The notes under the pieces: generated by a model
Database searches by the model: none
The model's input: the letters and a program-made list of their open reading frames with translations, nothing else
What the model was told of the DNA's origin: nothing
Made by a program: the position numbers and the translations under genes
DNA from: Squalus acanthias
Taxonomy: Eukaryota
DNA: 64,000 bases
Assembly (NCBI GenBank): GCA_030390025.1
Contig: CM059431.1
Coordinates: 158,970,001 to 159,034,000, forward strand
Reading direction: 5' to 3'
Shown here: positions 61,833 to 64,000 of the stretch, piece after piece
How positions within the stretch are numbered: position 1 is the first letter of the stretch
Layout: the number at the start of each line of letters is the position of its first letter

Positions 61833-62787
61833 GGGCCGGATATTCCGATACCTACGGTTGGGTACGCGCTGTGTACGCACCCGTAGTGACATCGGAAATG
61901 CCGGTTTGAGGCATGCACTGTGCATGCGCTGGAAACCGGCATTTCCGATCTGTCAAGACAGCTCTTGACAGATCCTCCTGCTGCCCGGGAGAAGGGCCTC
62001 TGCGGACTGAGAGTTCCGCATTTTGGAGACCCTTACACCCGCAGAAAAGCCTTACAATTCTTGCGAATGGTAAAAAGATGGAAAAAGTTTTTTTTTTAAT
62101 TTCCACTGATTTATCGTTTAACAATACTTTAAAAAAGGTAAGTTTATTTTAAGCCCCGTAAAAAAATTTAATTATTTTTTTGAAAAATGTAAATTTTGTT
62201 TAAAATAGTTAATTTATTTTACTTTCAAGTCATTTGAAAAATGAGATTTTTTTAAAAATGTATTTAAAGTTTTACTATATTACCCTCTATGTTGCGTATG
62301 GTGCCGGTCTTTGAGCTGGTGCCTCTGACAGTTGTAACCATTGACGCAGTGCATTGTTCCACGCTATCCTCCTCCGTGCTGTTCTCCTCCTCTGGAGGAG
62401 GAGGAGGTTGCTTCTCTTCTCCAACCTGCTCCACGGGGCGAGGTGGATCTGGCTCGTGGGCGCCTGCACTGATAAAGTTGGAAGGGTTAGGGTGGAGCAC
62501 GTGTGGATGCTATTGGAGGATGCGTGTGATGAGATCATATGAAGCTTGGGAGTGAGGATCGCTTAGGAAGATTCGCGATCAGGAATAGATGTTCATCTGC
62601 AAGGAAATTGTAATGGTCACATACCTCGAGGCGAGATGTCCTCGGCTCTGCATTTGGACACTGTGTCTGCCACTTCCCTCCCGATCACCGCCAGCACGGC
62701 CTCCTCGAGGGGAGTGTCTTCATTAAATCGTGCTTCCGCTCCCCTGTAAAGTCCGGCTGTCGCCTGTTTCGTACGATTTATACGTAA
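61833..62787 (-). mobile_element. Harbinger-type transposon end with a remnant of the Myb/SANT-like accessory gene
   Basis: Terminus aat/gggccggatattcc with subterminal sequence shared with the 37008 MITE; minus strand TPLEEAVLAVIG at about 62680-62716 followed by an acidic Pro-rich stretch (62264-62500). Confidence 0.65.
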
Positions 62788-63472
62788 TAGTCAGAGTCAT
62801 ACTGGTACAGAAGGAGGCCATTCGGCCCATGGAGTCCGTGCCAGCTCTCTGTAGTGCTCTCCATTCCGGCCCATTCCCCCACTCTCTCCCCGTATCCCTG
62901 CAAGTTTATTTCCCGAAGTGCCTATCCAGCCTCCCCTTGAAAACATTGAGTTTCTCCACTTCCACCACTTCCATCGGCAGCGAGTTCCAGGTCCTCACCA
63001 CTCACTGTGTAAGACTGTTTTTCCTCACATTCCCCCTGTATCTCTTGCCCAAAACCTTAAATCTGTGCCCCCTAGTCCTTGTACAAACAGCAAGTGGGAA
63101 CAGACTTTCCCGTCTAGCCTATCCAAACCCGTCATAAGTTTGTACACCTCAATAAAATCACCCCGCAACCTCATTTGCTCTAATGAAAACAAATCCAGCT
63201 TCTCCAACCTGTCCTTGTAACAAAGATACCCCATCCCCGGAACTATTCTGTAAATCTCCACTGCACCCTCTCAAGTGCCTTCACATCCTTCCTAAAGTGC
63301 GGTGACCAGAACTGGACACAATGCTCCAGTTGTGGCCTAACCAGCGCTTTATAAAGGTTCAGCATAACTTCTCTACTTTTGTACTCAATACCTCTATTTA
63401 TGAAGCCCGAGATCCCATATGCTTTGTTAACAATTCTCTCAATATGTCCTGCCACCTTCAGGGACCTACGCA
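62788..63472 (-). mobile_element. 3' fragment of an HER1-like CR1
   Basis: LYKALVRPQLEHCVQFWSP, RLRGDFIEVYK; tail cagaaggaggccattcggccc. Confidence 0.85.
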
Positions 63473-64000
63473 CTTTTGGAGGGGGAGGGCGAACAGCCAG
63501 CTGTCGTGGTGCACATAGGTACCAACGATATAGGTACAAAAGGGGATGAGTTCCTAAAAGCAGAATATAGGGAGTTAGGAGGAAAATCAAAAGTAGGACC
63601 TCAAAGGCAGCAATCTCAGGATTGCTACCAGTGCCACGTGCTGGTCAGAGCAGAAATAGGAGGATATTTCAAATGAATAAGTGGCTAGAGGAATGTTGCA
63701 AGGGGGAGGGATTCAAATTCCTGGGACATTGGAACCGAGCCTGGGGGAGGTGGGCCCAGTACAAACCGAACGGTCTGCACCTGGGCAGGGCCGGGACCGC
63801 TATCCCAGGGGGAGTGTTTGCTAGTGCTGTTGGGGAGGGTTTAAACTAAAGTGGCAGGGGGTTGGGCACCTGAGCAGGGAGACAGAGGAAAGCGTGTCAG
63901 GAAGGGACAGAACGTATGGAGTAAAAGGTAAAGTGTTAAAAAAGGAAAAAGCAGGAACTAAGTGCCACAAAAGGTATTTGAAAGTTCTTCATCTGAATGC
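63473..64000 (+). mobile_element. CR1 family b-like fragment: end of ORF1 esterase and start of ORF2, running off the window
   Basis: EGEGEQPAVVVHIGTNDIG..GLHLGRAG; similar to 19562-19980. Confidence 0.88.

Overview
Eukaryotic, TE-saturated window with no supportable host protein-coding gene. The HE1-like V-SINE, the SacSINE1-like Deu-SINE and the CR1/HER1-type LINEs point to a cartilaginous fish (inference). It holds two decayed, full-length proviruses of related but distinct families: ERV-A (2615-24911) and ERV-B (43795-58567). Each is inserted antisense into an older CR1 and is itself interrupted by younger CR1/SINE insertions. Both have long LTRs (about 1.5-1.6 kb), a tRNA-Arg(UCG) PBS, a coiled-coil/CA/CCHC Gag in frame with pro-pol, a YVDD RT, a catalytically dead Gypsy-type RNase H followed by a retroviral-type RNase H, and an integrase with a long tail. 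Their env reads as signal peptide + immunoglobulin-like domain + furin-cleaved class I fusion protein of non-orthoretroviral (F-protein-like) type. The architecture best fits lokiretrovirus-like elements (inference, phylogeny needed), and the Ig domain fused to the fusogen is the most unusual feature. Other content: six near-identical copies of a young CR1 family, several older CR1 families, a Penelope-derived foldback with a hammerhead core, Harbinger-type MITEs and a Myb-like remnant, a 42-bp tandem array built from the CR1 3' stem-loop, and an apparent ~80-bp target-site duplication. Boundaries and divergences were read by eye.
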